A stretch of DNA of 30,951 nt from positions 1-30,951 of the forward strand of contig NW_021832706.1 of NCBI RefSeq assembly GCF_006345805.1. The letters are read 5' to 3'. Positions 1 to 11,100 of this stretch are shown here, piece after piece. The notes under the pieces are model-generated. The model was not told the origin of the DNA, made no database searches, and saw only the letters and a list, made by a program, of their open reading frames with translations. The DNA comes from Octopus sinensis (taxonomy: Eukaryota). The position numbers and the translations under genes are program-made. Positions within the stretch are counted from its first letter, which is position 1. Every line of letters begins with the position of its first letter.

Positions 1-50
1 GCTTCTAACCACACAGTCATGTTTACGTCACACAGAAGTGAGGAATATAT

Positions 51-376
51 AGGAGCACTCCGTCGGTTACGACGACGAGGGTCCCAGCAGATACGATGAA
101 CGGAATAGCCTGCTCGTGAAATTAACGTGCAAGTGACTGAGCAATTCTCAGACACGCGTACCCCTATCGTAGTCCTCAGGGAAATTCAGCGTGACACAGA
201 GTGTGACAAAGCTGGCCCTTTGAAATACATGTACAACTCATTTTTGCCAGCTGAGTGGACTGGAGCAACGTGAAATAAAGTGGCTTGCTCAAGGACACAA
301 CGCGTCGCCGGGAATCGAACTTACGACCTTACAATCGTGAGCCGAATGTGGTAACCACTAAGCCACGCGCCTTCAC
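51..376 (-). mobile_element. tRNA-derived SINE with CORE-like central domain
   Basis: Minus strand begins GTGAAGGCGCGTGGCTTAGTGG (A box) ... GTTCGATTCC (B box), then TGTCCTTGAGCAAGCCACTTTATTTCACGTTGCTCCAGTCCACTCAGCTG. The same domain recurs at about 19015-19075. Confidence 0.85.
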
Positions 377-430
377 ACATATATATATATATAGATATAT
401 ATATATATATTATATATATATATATATATA

Positions 431-653
431 TACCCCACAAGGGGCTAAACAGAGACGGGACAAACAAGGAAAGACAAACGGATTAAGTCGATTACATCGA
501 CCTCAGTGCATAACTAGTACTTAATTTATCGACCCTGAAAGGATGAAAGGCAAAGTCGACCTCGGCGGAATTTGAACGCAGAACGTAACGGCAGACGAAA
601 TACGGCTACGCATTTCGTCCGGCGTGCTAACGTTTCTGCCAGCTCGCCGCCTT
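431..653 (-). mobile_element. tRNA-derived SINE (family with CTTTCATCCTTTC-GGGTCGATAAA domain)
   Basis: Minus strand AAGGCGGCGAGCTGGCAGAAACGTTAGC ... GTTCAAATTCC ... GTCGACTTTGCCTTTCATCCTTTCAGGGTCGATAAATTAAGTAC. A highly similar copy lies at 11416-11648. Confidence 0.88.
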
Positions 654-678
654 CAATATATATATATTGTATATATGA

Positions 679-746
679 CAATAATCCTAGAATAGAATTT
701 ATAAAGATTTAATTAAATGTTTATAAATTCCATCCGAGGATTATTG
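679..746. repeat. 68-bp spacerless imperfect palindrome
   Basis: Left arm CAATAATCCTAGAATAGAATTTATAAAGATTTAA matches the reverse complement of the right arm at 30/34 positions (compared by hand). Confidence 0.9.
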
Positions 747-873
747 CTATTCTTATTATATTTATTCTAAATTATATTGGTATAAATTGATGCAACCCCG
801 ACTGGCTCACTAGTGGCTGGCATAATGGAATTAGAGCTTTATTCAAAACGTTTCTCGTAAACAAATTTAAAAG

Positions 874-876
<3 letters not shown>

Positions 877-906
<30 letters not shown>

Positions 907-998
907 TGTATGTATGTATGTATGTATGTATGTATGTATTTATGTATGTATGTTGTATGTATGTATGTATGATGTATGTATGTATGTATGTATGTATG
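877..998. repeat. (TATG)n microsatellite
   Basis: Direct reading; source of the MYVC/HTYI pseudo-ORFs. Confidence 0.97.
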
Positions 999-1187
999 GG
1001 GACGTGTATTTGCATGAGTATGCTTGTGGGAGAATCCGTGTGTTTGTGTTTGTGTATACAATCTCATTTCACGAAAGAACAGAATTTTGGCAACAATTAC
1101 AAGAAAGTGAAACTTGATTGCACTAGAAAGAAAAATCAGGAACAGTATAATCTGTTAAAAGAATTTGTTATTAATATATATACATAC

Positions 1188-1222
<35 letters not shown>

Positions 1223-1287
1223 CGTGTGCGTGTGTGTGTGCGTGTGCGTGTGTGTGTGTTATTATTATTATTGTTATTTAACACTTA

Positions 1288-1473
1288 ATAGTTTCAGGCA
1301 GATTTCTACGGCATTTCGTCAGTCTTTATGTTCTGAGTTCAAATTCTACCGGGGTCGACTTTGCAGGTCATCTCGGGGTCGATAAAATAAGTACCACTTG
1401 AACACTGGGGTCTATATAATTCACTAGTCTTCTCCCCTCAAATTCCAGGACTTGTGCCTTATTAAAAAGGATT
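1288..1473 (+). mobile_element. Degenerate tRNA-derived SINE related to the 431-653 family
   Basis: GTTCTGAGTTCAAATTCTACCGGGGTCGACTTTGC ... GGGGTCGATAAAATAAGTACC ... CTTGTGCC, ending in a (CAT)n/(TAT)n tail. Confidence 0.7.
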
Positions 1474-1492
1474 ATCATCATCATCATCATCA

Positions 1493-1562
<70 letters not shown>

Positions 1563-1570
1563 CATTATTA
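1472..1570. repeat. (CAT)n(TAT)n trinucleotide microsatellite
   Basis: Direct reading. Confidence 0.97.
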
Positions 1571-1728
1571 TTTCCTTACTCCTTCCCTCCCACATCTTCT
1601 AGTTACCCACCCTTTTTTATGTATATATATATATATCTTACATACGTAAATATCTATATACACATAAACGTATACATATATATTTAAAAATATACATGTT
1701 TATCCTATGTATATGTGTGTATATGTGC

Positions 1729-1761
<33 letters not shown>

Positions 1762-1763
1762 CG

Positions 1764-1798
<35 letters not shown>

Positions 1799-2947
1799 GG
1801 AGAGAAAGAGAAAGAGAGAGAAAGGAGCAGAGTAGAAAAGATAGTAGGAAGTGAACTTTTAGATTGCATCGATTACATCTTTCTCAGAAATCATACACAC
1901 ATATATACACACGTGTGTGTGTGCGTGCGTGCGCGTATATATACACATACATAAACACATACATATACTTACTGTCCATTACAAATAGCTACACACAAAG
2001 AATTTTGAAAAACATATTTAAAAAATAGCAGAATTATTTCCAAAATAATTTAGGGCACCCCTACTATATCTATAGAAATATAAAACATTCCAGTTATCTC
2101 GCTGTCCACGAAATAGTAATCGCTGTCTTGTTTGAAGCGCCCCGTTGTACAATCTTGTACAATCTCGTACAATTTTTAATATATTTGAGTAGTGAAACAA
2201 GACTTTTAACCCCCTAGTGACTACATGCTGTCATGCTGTCTTTTATATATCCTTCAACTATGGGAAACTACAAGCGTCCAACTTCTCAGAGGTGCTGGAA
2301 CGCCATAAAACGTGTGGCGGAATAGAAGTCTAATGTAAGGGTTTAAAATCGGTTTGGTTTTGCGGGGTTGGGTTGAAGGATAAACGAGATAACTGTAGCT
2401 GGATAGAGACAATTGTTCAGCAAACCCTTATTCATAATCTTGGCAAAAAATAAATGGATCAAGGGGTCGATATATATTATAATAACGTTATTAACAATAA
2501 AGAAAGCAAAGAATGTCTTCACATAGGGTTCGTGTGTAGAGATGCGTGGGAAAAATAAAGGTCCCCCGCAGGATATGTGCGCGCAAACACGCAAGCACAC
2601 ACACACAAGTACACACATACACATACTAACACACACTCACACATAAATACTCATATATATATATTAGAAACAAATAAGGGAAATTTAGGAATGCTTCTAA
2701 CAATGCAGAGAGGAAAGTTGAAAAATCTTTATATACTCCAGGTGCAAAAGCCCATCCTCAGAAGGATGCAATCAAAAGATAGCCGAATGTAATTAGCAAC
2801 AGTTCCCTCCCATATATATGTGCGTGTGTGTGTGTGTGTGGTGTGTGTGCGCGCGTGTAAGTGAGCGAACAAATGAAAGATAGGGCACCCAACACATTTA
2901 TTGGGTGTTACATATATTATCCAAAATGGTTTGGTTCGGATTCCATG

Positions 2948-2994
2948 ACACTTCAAGTTTCGAAGGCCCTAACGGAGCCTTTCTCGTTAGGTTG
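2948..2994 (-). ncRNA. Degenerate type I hammerhead-like motif
   Basis: Minus strand CAAC-CTAACGA-GAAAGGC(TCCGTTAGG)GCCTTC-GAAAC-TT-GAA-GTGT. Stem II is good, but the core has G5A, the cleavage triplet is broken and stem I keeps only 2 bp. Confidence 0.35.
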
Positions 2995-3130
2995 GCAATA
3001 ATCCGAATCCGAATCAAACTGTTTTGAATTATATACATACATATATATATATATATATAACATGCATATGCATTCGCACACACACACGGTCCTGTTCAGT
3101 AGAAGTTTAAAAAATTTATTTTACTTTATT

Positions 3131-3750
3131 CACCCTTCTTCCCTTTTTAGCGTTTTTTCCTCAACTTAGTACTTTTTTTCTTTTTGGCGTCTATTTGTAG
3201 GAACTCTGTGTTCTTCCTTTTTCTTCCACTTGTATGCGTGAGTACAACTACTTGTAACGGTGTTGGTACCTGGAATGTGTCATACAGCCATTCCATAGGT
3301 TCTTCCAATCTGGTTCATTTTCTATGAATCTCTTCTTCAATTGGTTTCTGTGTCCTTTTTCAATACGTTTTCTGCTTTTAATTCCGTACATCATTTTCCC
3401 TATGTACTTTGTGGCTTTTCCTTCTCCCCAGTATTGTTTTCCGTTTTTATACGACCTCATGTACACCTTATCACTAATTTTGAAAAATTTTTGGGTTGTC
3501 TTTCCTGGTACTTTTTCATTTCTAGCCAGGTTAACAGATTACCAGAAACTAATTTCACCTTCCTCACAAACATCAGTTCAGCTGGTGAGCTTCCTGCTGG
3601 TGTATCGGGGTTCGGAATTGCTGCAGAGCAACTTAGCCTGTGGTTTCCATGTTTGCTTTTCTCAATGCTCTTTTAAAAGTCTCCACAAAAAGCTCTGCCT
3701 CTCCATTCGATCTGGGATGGAAAGACGCTATTGTTTAATGTTCTACCGTA
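3131..3750 (-). mobile_element. Decayed Ty3/Gypsy LTR-retrotransposon integrase C-terminal half plus polypurine tract
   Basis: Hand translation gives TVEH*TIASFHPRSNGEAELFVETFKRALRK, then (frameshift) TPAGSSPAELMFVRKVK and VYMRSYKNGKQYW...HRNQLKKR, typical of gypsy (K02A2.6-like) integrase. PPT AAAAAGGGAAGAAGGG followed by TG at 3148-3131. Stops and frameshifts present. Confidence 0.88.
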
Positions 3751-3760
3751 TCTGCGTTTA

Positions 3761-4563
3761 TCAAAATATTACATATCTAATTTTACATCCCTTTAAAAAT
3801 AAGCAATACAATTAAGCATTAAAGATTAAAAATTATGAATTAAAAATTAAGAATAAAAATTATACTTTGTAATATTAAGAATTAAAAATTTATAATTTAT
3901 AAATTATGCATTATACATATGAATTAGTATATATATATCAATCATGTAAAATCAAGTATATGTCAAATACCGCATAATTAACCACATAATTTTATTTTTA
4001 AATCACTTGAATAGACTATATAAAAAATAAATAATGCAATAATTAAAATAAAATAAATATATGAATTAGATATTACTAAAATTATATAACAAATTTGATA
4101 TACCTCCCAATATAAGTAAATTTGAAAATAATAATAGCGGGTAATTTAAAATCAAAACCATGTATAGTGTAATTACCCCACTTGATACTAATCACCTATA
4201 AATACCCATAGTTCCCTACTATCTTCTTCCTCAAATCACCATTTTAGTACCAGCAAAAAAAAAAAAGAAAAATGGAAGATATGTATTTGAATTTTTCTTG
4301 TTATATATCACCTTTAAACACAGACATTTTTATTCTAATGTTTAATCTTATATCCCACATTCTGTATTTGGCATATACTTGATTTTACATGATTGATATA
4401 TACACTAATTCATATTTATAATGCATAATTTATAAATTTTAATTCTTTATATTACAAAGTATAATTTTTATTCTTAATTTTTAATTCGTAATTTTTAATC
4501 TTTAATGCTTACTTGTATTGCTTATTTTTAAAGGGATGTAAAATTAGTTATATAATATTTTGA
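3761..4563. repeat. Long inverted repeat: arms 3761-3970 and 4364-4563 around a 393-bp spacer
   Basis: TCAAAATATTACATATCTAATTTTACATCCCTTTAAAAATAAGCAATAC...GTCAAATAC matches the reverse complement of GTATTTGGCATATAC...AATATTTTGA with scattered substitutions and a few small indels. Confidence 0.92.
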
Positions 4564-4567
4564 AATA

Positions 4568-4701
4568 GAACCTGAAGATGTGTTGGAATAATTGTAAATC
4601 TGACGATTGCATATATGTATTTATATATGTATATATATGGGTATACAGTCGTGTATATGTATATATATTGTAATCTTCCAATATTGAAACACGTGTAGTT
4701 C
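4568..4701 (+). ncRNA. Type I hammerhead ribozyme of Penelope pseudo-LTR type, near-intact core
   Basis: Stem I GAAC(4568-71)/GTTC(4698-4701); core CTGAAGA(4572-78); extra T; stem II GTGTTGGAA(4580-88)/TTCCAATAT(4676-84) with a long structured loop; GAAA(4686-89); palindromic stem III ACACGTGT; cleavage triplet GTA(4695-97); AATAAA shortly downstream. Confidence 0.75.
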
Positions 4702-5059
4702 CTTCATATTTAATAAATATAAGTATTAACTAAAGTATGATATAAATAATGAAGTACATTATATACCCATCTGGAAATATTAGTTATATCCTTTAAGTAC
4801 TATTTCGTAATGTGCAAACTGGTACCATGAGTTTACTGTAAGATATACTCATTAGATAATTTTTGCATTATCTGAAATAGAATACCCGCATATCGATTAA
4901 TCCCCAAAAATTGAATATTGACTTTTATCAGATACTTTGTATATTTATAGATAAATATATAAATATACGATAAGTAAGATCCCAAAGTACGATATGTAGA
5001 TGCATATAATGCTGTAGAGTTACACCTGATTGATTTGGAAATTTGTTTTCCCAAATTAT

Positions 5060-5183
5060 ACACACACATACATACAGACATACATAATACATACACATAC
5101 ATACATACACACATACATACATACATACATACTACATACATACATACATACATACTACATACCTACATACATACATACATACA

Positions 5184-5220
<37 letters not shown>
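5060..5220. repeat. (CATA)n/(TA)n compound microsatellite
   Basis: Direct reading. Confidence 0.95.
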
Positions 5221-5221
<1 letters not shown>

Positions 5222-5222
<1 letters not shown>

Positions 5223-5275
5223 CAAAATTTTGTATGTAAAAAATTTTTAATCTTCGGATTTTTTATGCTAGGCCA
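5222..5275. mobile_element. Short fragment of the foldback family at 22650-23576
   Basis: TTTTGTATGTAA...TTTTAATCTTCGGATTTTTTATGCTAGGCC matches motifs at 22840-22893 and 23545-23576. Confidence 0.6.
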
Positions 5276-6751
5276 CCCTTATTTAATTTTATATATATAT
5301 ATATCTGTTACAGAATATTTAAAAATACTGGCATAATAATTTATATATTTGAGCCAGGTGTGCGGTCTAAATATCACCGTGAAAGGTATGTTTGTCAAAT
5401 TTGTCCAAATATTTCGAGCTGGGCTTTGATAAGAAAGACATGTCTATTGGCTGAAGCATCAATAATTTAATAATATGTGGGTGGGAGACGGAGAGTAAGG
5501 GGAGGGAGAGAGAAAAAGAGAGAGAGAGAAGGTAGGAGAAAGTTGGTGGAAGAGGAAATAACCCAAGAATAGAGAGTTAGCAAATGTTTGTTCCGATCTT
5601 CTACGTTTTGCTTTTAATTTTCAACAGATTTTATTTTGCTATTCGTTCTTTAGTAACCGATAAAATATATACTAGTCGTATGCTAATTTAGATTTAATGA
5701 CTTATACTGACAATCTTGTAGCCATGTGGAAATTAACAAATCAATATTTATTTAATAGCTAGGTCTTACAATCTACCAATATTTTATGGTGTTAAACAAG
5801 TCAAACGGGACGAAATTCTATCGTTTCCAGTTTGTGCTCTTCAGAGAAAAAAAAATATATATCTGTCAACAACCAAAGGATGATGAAATATGGTTAGAAA
5901 AGTAATGTAAAGGTGTGAGGCAGGTATTTGTTTGACTGTATGGCAAGTCAGATCTGCATGACTCCATAATTTGAATGGTGCTCATGATCACGAGATGAAA
6001 GACTTAAGATCGAATGTCAATGATTAAATACTTGTCAGTTGATCTAGTAGGTGGGGCCACACTTCAGTGAGATAGGGCTTGAGCGTTGTAAAGTCGTCGA
6101 GATGACCTTACCATGGATCTCACCTGATGACCCCTGAAACTTATCGACGTTCAGTATTTGGAGCTTTCGATTAGCAGCACTTACATATGCAAACTGTTTG
6201 CAAGTCTTTAAACCACCGACACAGCAGTTCAGGTTGACAATGTAGAACTATTTCGTTAGAATTGCTAGAATGGATTTCTACTTATTTTTTTTTAACTAGC
6301 TTGGTCTGGATGTAGGGGCCGTGGTCATGATCATCACAACCTCTCCGAGACAACCGGTGAGATTGATGCCTTTAATATTCTCTTGAGCCTTTTTAAAGTC
6401 AACTCATGCGGGAAACCAATAAACAGTAATGGGATTTCAGAGGGCCGATATTCCGTGAAGAAAGGATTGTGCATAGAAATGTGAGTATTGTGAGTCCTGA
6501 GAAGTTTGAACCCAGCGATGGATTAACCTTTAAGCAACATAAGTATGTGCTTAGGGAATCAAAGGAAGTGGGGCACAAAAGGGATGGTTTACAGCACAAA
6601 AGGAATGACTTTAAATTTGTTAAAATAATATTAAAACTAGTTTATATTATTGGAAGTATAATTTCTAATTGTTCATAGTGTCACAGTGAGGATCTGATCA
6701 AAGACTTTGTAATTAAAAAGAAGTTGGAGAAAAGTTTTCAAATATGAATAT

Positions 6752-6922
6752 AGGCGCAGGAGTGGCTGTGTGGTAAGTAGCTAGCTTACCAACCACATGG
6801 TTCCGGGTACAGTCCCACTGCGTGGCATCTTGGGCAAGTGTCTTCTGCTATAGCCCCGGACCGACCAATGCCTTGTGAGTGGATTTGGTAGACGGAAACT
6901 GAAGAAGCCTGTCGTATATATG

Positions 6923-6956
<34 letters not shown>

Positions 6957-6975
6957 ATATAATATATCTATATAG

Positions 6976-7015
<40 letters not shown>

Positions 7016-7225
7016 GTGTGTGTGTGTGTGTTTGTGTGTTTGTCCCCCTAGCATTGCTTGACAACCGATGCTGGTGTGTTTACGTCCCCGTCACTTAGCG
7101 GTTCGGCAAAAGAGACCTATAGAATAAGTCCCGGGGTCGATTTGCTCGACTAAAGGCGGTGCTCCAGCATGGCCGCAGTCAAATGACTGAAACAAGTAAA
7201 AAGAGTAAAAAAGAGTAAAGAGAGC
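6752..7225 (+). mobile_element. Near full-length composite tRNA-derived SINE with internal (TA)n(TG)n tract
   Basis: Head AGGCGCAGGAGTGGCTGTGTGG (A box), GGTACAGTCCC (B-box-like), CORE-like CTTGGGCAAGTGTCTT, internal microsatellite, 3' module ending GCAGTCAAATGACTGAAAC and a (AAGAGTA)n tail. Reverse-orientation copy at 23890-24293. Confidence 0.92.
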
Positions 7226-7344
7226 AAGTATACAAAAGTAAATAATATTTTTCATTTTCCTGTTAGTTTTGTTTAATTTTGAAAAATAAAATTTTATTTT
7301 ATGGTTTACTATAGCATATACTTTGAATTACATATATATGGGGT

Positions 7345-7397
7345 CACCAAAATATTTTTAAGTGCTTAGGGCCTCTATATGTCTTAATCCGGCCCTG
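7345..7397. mobile_element. Orphan DNA-transposon/MITE terminus
   Basis: Ends in GGGCCTC...TTAATCCGGCCCTG, the reverse complement of a CAGGGCCGGATTAA-type TIR that I recall from hAT-like MITEs. No partner end found in the window. Confidence 0.45.
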
Positions 7398-8269
7398 GTT
7401 GGACCCAACAAGTGCAAGATTATTGTGCACAACTATTGTAGTACACAACATGATATAATGTCGATATAGATATCTTAAGGATGTCTATATGAAATTTTTA
7501 GAATATGTAATACAAGGTGTATTAGACATTTTAACTGGTTAAGGCTCTGACACATGAAGATAAAGTCGAAAGCACTACGTCAATGTTTGGTAAGTGAAGT
7601 GGGTAAAAAATGTGGTTTATAATTAATGAGATCTAGGAAGCACAGAACTCCTAACAAGGGGCCTGGCTGGATGCTTCAATGATCGTGAGGAAGCAGGATA
7701 GGGGTGTAAATTTAGTAGGAGTATTTATTGTTTAGTTTGGTGTAAGTTAGTTTGTATTCAGTGAGTGTGGGTGGATGGGGATAGGGCGGGGTGGTGAGAG
7801 AAAAGTCGTTGATAAAGGAGTTCCATAAAGCCATCGGGTGTAAGGAAGAAGGACTGGGGGAATAAAGTGCTTTGTTAAGGAAGTAAATCACAGTATGATT
7901 GACGTCAGAGATAGGGGTAAGGAACTAGAGAGAGAGAGAGAAGGGGGAAGGGGATAAGTGGTAGAAATAGGGAACTCAGCGCGGTCTGCGTGTGGTTAAT
8001 AAGAAGCTATTGTAAGGGGGAACAGGTTCAAAATAAGGAAAAAGAAACGGATGGCAGCTTTAGTTATGGTTGAAGACAATGAAGTCAGTACACGAGAAGC
8101 ATAACAGTGAACAGAAGGAAAGAAAGAAAAGAGAGAGAGAGAGAGAGAAAGAGAGAAAGAAAGAGTGAGAGAGAGAGAGATGGGGTGAAGAAGAAAAAGA
8201 ACAACAACAATAACAGTAGCAATTACAACGACAACTACAACTAACATAAGAACTACTGCGACAACAACA

Positions 8270-8313
8270 ATAGATAGATAGATAAATAGATAGATAGATA
8301 GATAGATAATAGG

Positions 8314-8361
<48 letters not shown>
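8270..8361. repeat. (GATA)n microsatellite
   Basis: Direct reading. Confidence 0.95.
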
Positions 8362-8589
8362 GCTGGGGAAAGTAGAAGGAGATGAGATAAGGGTTCTAGG
8401 GAGGTGCGTAATGTAAACAAATGAGAAGTAACAACGTACCAATGAATAAATAAAATAATAAAGGGTAAGGGCCCTTAAATTACTGAAGTTGTTTGAATAA
8501 GGGGTGGCTGGGAGATAGGATGGTCGGGTGGATGTTGTGATAGATTGAGGGGGGTTGAGTCGAAAGAACAACTGGAGAACAATGACACT

Positions 8590-8792
8590 AGTTACACATA
8601 AACACTCACACACAGACACATGCACACACAAACACACACATATACACACACAAACACACACATACATACACACGCACACACATATATACAAACACATACA
8701 CACACTCACGCGCACCCAAACACACATACGTACACACATAAACACACACACACACACACACACACAACACACACACACCACACACACACATA

Positions 8793-8857
<65 letters not shown>

Positions 8858-8900
8858 ATATATACAAACACACACATAAACAGACGCACACACACACACA
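8590..8900. repeat. (CA)n/(TA)n compound microsatellite
   Basis: Direct reading. Confidence 0.95.
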
Positions 8901-9288
8901 TTAGCAAAGAATCGCTGTTTAGAAGTTTCGATTCATTCGTCTTGGCTTCAGTTCGAACACCGCATGCTCCCTTTAGTTTTTGCTGCATATATGCATCAGT
9001 TAATAACTAAACAATAACGAGAATACGCTGTTTGGTGGCGTTGATTTTGTAATTAGTGAGCGATGAAAACTATAGAACACACCATACAGTTTATGAATTA
9101 ATTGTATACCAGAAAGTATTTTTAACCCTGCTTATATACAATTTTCTAGTTATAACCCCTAAAGAGAACATGTTGCTCTTACAACGGATGTAATTAATTG
9201 TGTGTGAGAGAGAGAGTGCGTGTCAGTGTACGCGCGCGTAAGTGTGCTTGTGTACACACAAACACACACACACATACATATACATACA

Positions 9289-9675
9289 CATACAACTATG
9301 TGTTTGTGCGAGTAAGTGTAAACGTATGAAATGTGTGTGTGTATATGTGTGTATGTGTGTGTGTGAATGCATATATATGCTTCTATATGTATTTGTATAT
9401 ATAATGTATTTATGTATATGTATGAATATATGTATATACACACACATGTATGTACATATATATATAAGTACAGGTATGTTTGCAGTTTATACGCTCACCC
9501 GTACATTCAAATTCATACACACATGTACACACCTGAATTTGTATACTTGTACACACACATACGCACACTCACACACACACACATACAACTATGTGTTTGT
9601 GTGAGTAAGTGTAAACGTATGAAATGTGTGTGTATATATATATGTGTATGTGTGTGTGTGAATGCATATATATGC

Positions 9676-9720
<45 letters not shown>

Positions 9721-9875
9721 ATGTATTTATGTATATGTATGAATATATGTATATACACACACATGTATGTACACACATATATAGATACATGTATGTTTGC
9801 AGTTTATACGCACACCCATACACTCAAATTCATACACACATGTACACACCTGAATTTGTATACTTGTACACACAC
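9289..9875. repeat. Tandem duplication of a roughly 293-317 bp low-complexity unit
   Basis: Unique anchors TACAACTATG (9291, 9584), GTAAACGTATGAAATG, GTTTGCAGTTTATACGC and CACCTGAATTTGTATACTTGT occur twice in the same order. Confidence 0.93.
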
Positions 9876-10273
9876 GCGCGCACACACACACAAACAACAC
9901 ACACACACACACACACGCACACACACACACACATACACACACTCACACACAGATGTATGTATGCATGCATGCATGCATGTGTGTCTATAGACTTGTAAGT
10001 TGTGTTGCTGTTTTGTTAGTGTTGCTTTCTCTTGTTATTAATGTTGTGTACTTTTGTTGCTATTGTTCTTGATTGTATTTATTTGTGTTGTTTTTGTTGC
10101 TGTTGTTGTTGTTGTGTTGTTGTTATTGTTCTTATAGATTCTGTTTATTTATTCATGCCATCTTATCCAATTTCAAGCGAATGTAACATTGTCACTGGAT
10201 CATAAAGCCAGGAATAACAGAGAAGTCAGATATGGTATAGAGTTGTAGAGCAAGAGAGAGATAATGATGTAAG

Positions 10274-10317
<44 letters not shown>

Positions 10318-10350
10318 AGAGAGATGGGCAGAGAAAGAGAGAGAGAAAGA

Positions 10351-10510
10351 GATGGGTAGAGAAAGAAAGTGTGTGTGTGTGAGCGAGAGAGAGAGAGAGA
10401 AGAGAGATGGGGTAGAGAAAGAAAGTGTGTGTGTGTGAGCGAGAGAGAGAGAGTGAGATGGGTAGAGAAAGAAAGTGTGTGTGTGTGAGCGAGAGAGAGA
10501 GAGTGAGAGA
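10351..10510. repeat. Minisatellite, three units of about 51-55 bp
   Basis: Unit GATGGGTAGAGAAAGAAAG(TG)6AGC(GA)n starts at 10351, 10406 and 10457. Confidence 0.9.
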
Positions 10511-10859
10511 GAGTGAAAGAAAGGCGCGTGTGTGTGTATGTGAAAGAGAAGGGGAAGTGTGATATTGTATATGTGAGAAGGAACATACATGTGTATGTAC
10601 GTTTGAGAGAGAGGGGGGGGAGAAGAGAGAGAGATGAGAGCAGAGAGAGAGAGAGAGAGAGGAGCAGAGAGACAGAGAAATAGAGAGAGTGAGAAAGGGA
10701 GAGATGAAAAGAGAATAGAAAGAAGGGGAAACAAAGAGACAAGATTGTAAAGGTTGCGCATATGTATGTAAACATATATACATATGTGTGTGTGTGAGTA
10801 TGTTTGTGTGTGTGATTTGTGGATGAGTGCAGTGGATGGGTGGATGTGGGTGAGTAGGT

Positions 10860-11057
10860 TTGTATGTATGTATGTATGTAACTTTGTGTGTGTGTATGCA
10901 TATATTTATATCTATGTATGTATGATGTATGTATGTGTATGTATGTATGTATGTATGTATGTATGTATGTATGTATGTATGTATCTATCTATCTATCTAT
11001 CTATATATATATTATATATGTATATATGTATATGTATATATATATAATATATATATA

Positions 11058-11088
<31 letters not shown>

Positions 11089-11100
11089 CTATATATATAG
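10860..11100. repeat. (TATG)n/(TATC)n/(TA)n compound microsatellite
   Basis: Direct reading. Confidence 0.95.

Noticed and set aside
2203-2225. TTAACCCCCTAGTGAC as a piggyBac-like terminus
   Set aside because: No matching GGGTTAA end or TIR partner nearby.
5816-5848. Minus-strand TTCT-CTGAAGA-GCACAAACTG-GAAAC-GAT-AGAA
   Set aside because: The core and a 4-bp stem I are present, but there is no stem II and the conserved U16.1 is A. It cannot be separated from chance without family copies.
6118-6150. CTGATGA-CCCCT-GAAAC hammerhead-like string
   Set aside because: No stem II, stem III or stem I pairing can be formed.
7560-8580. G-rich degenerate stretch as a LINE remnant
   Set aside because: Composition is suggestive, but no conserved motif was found.
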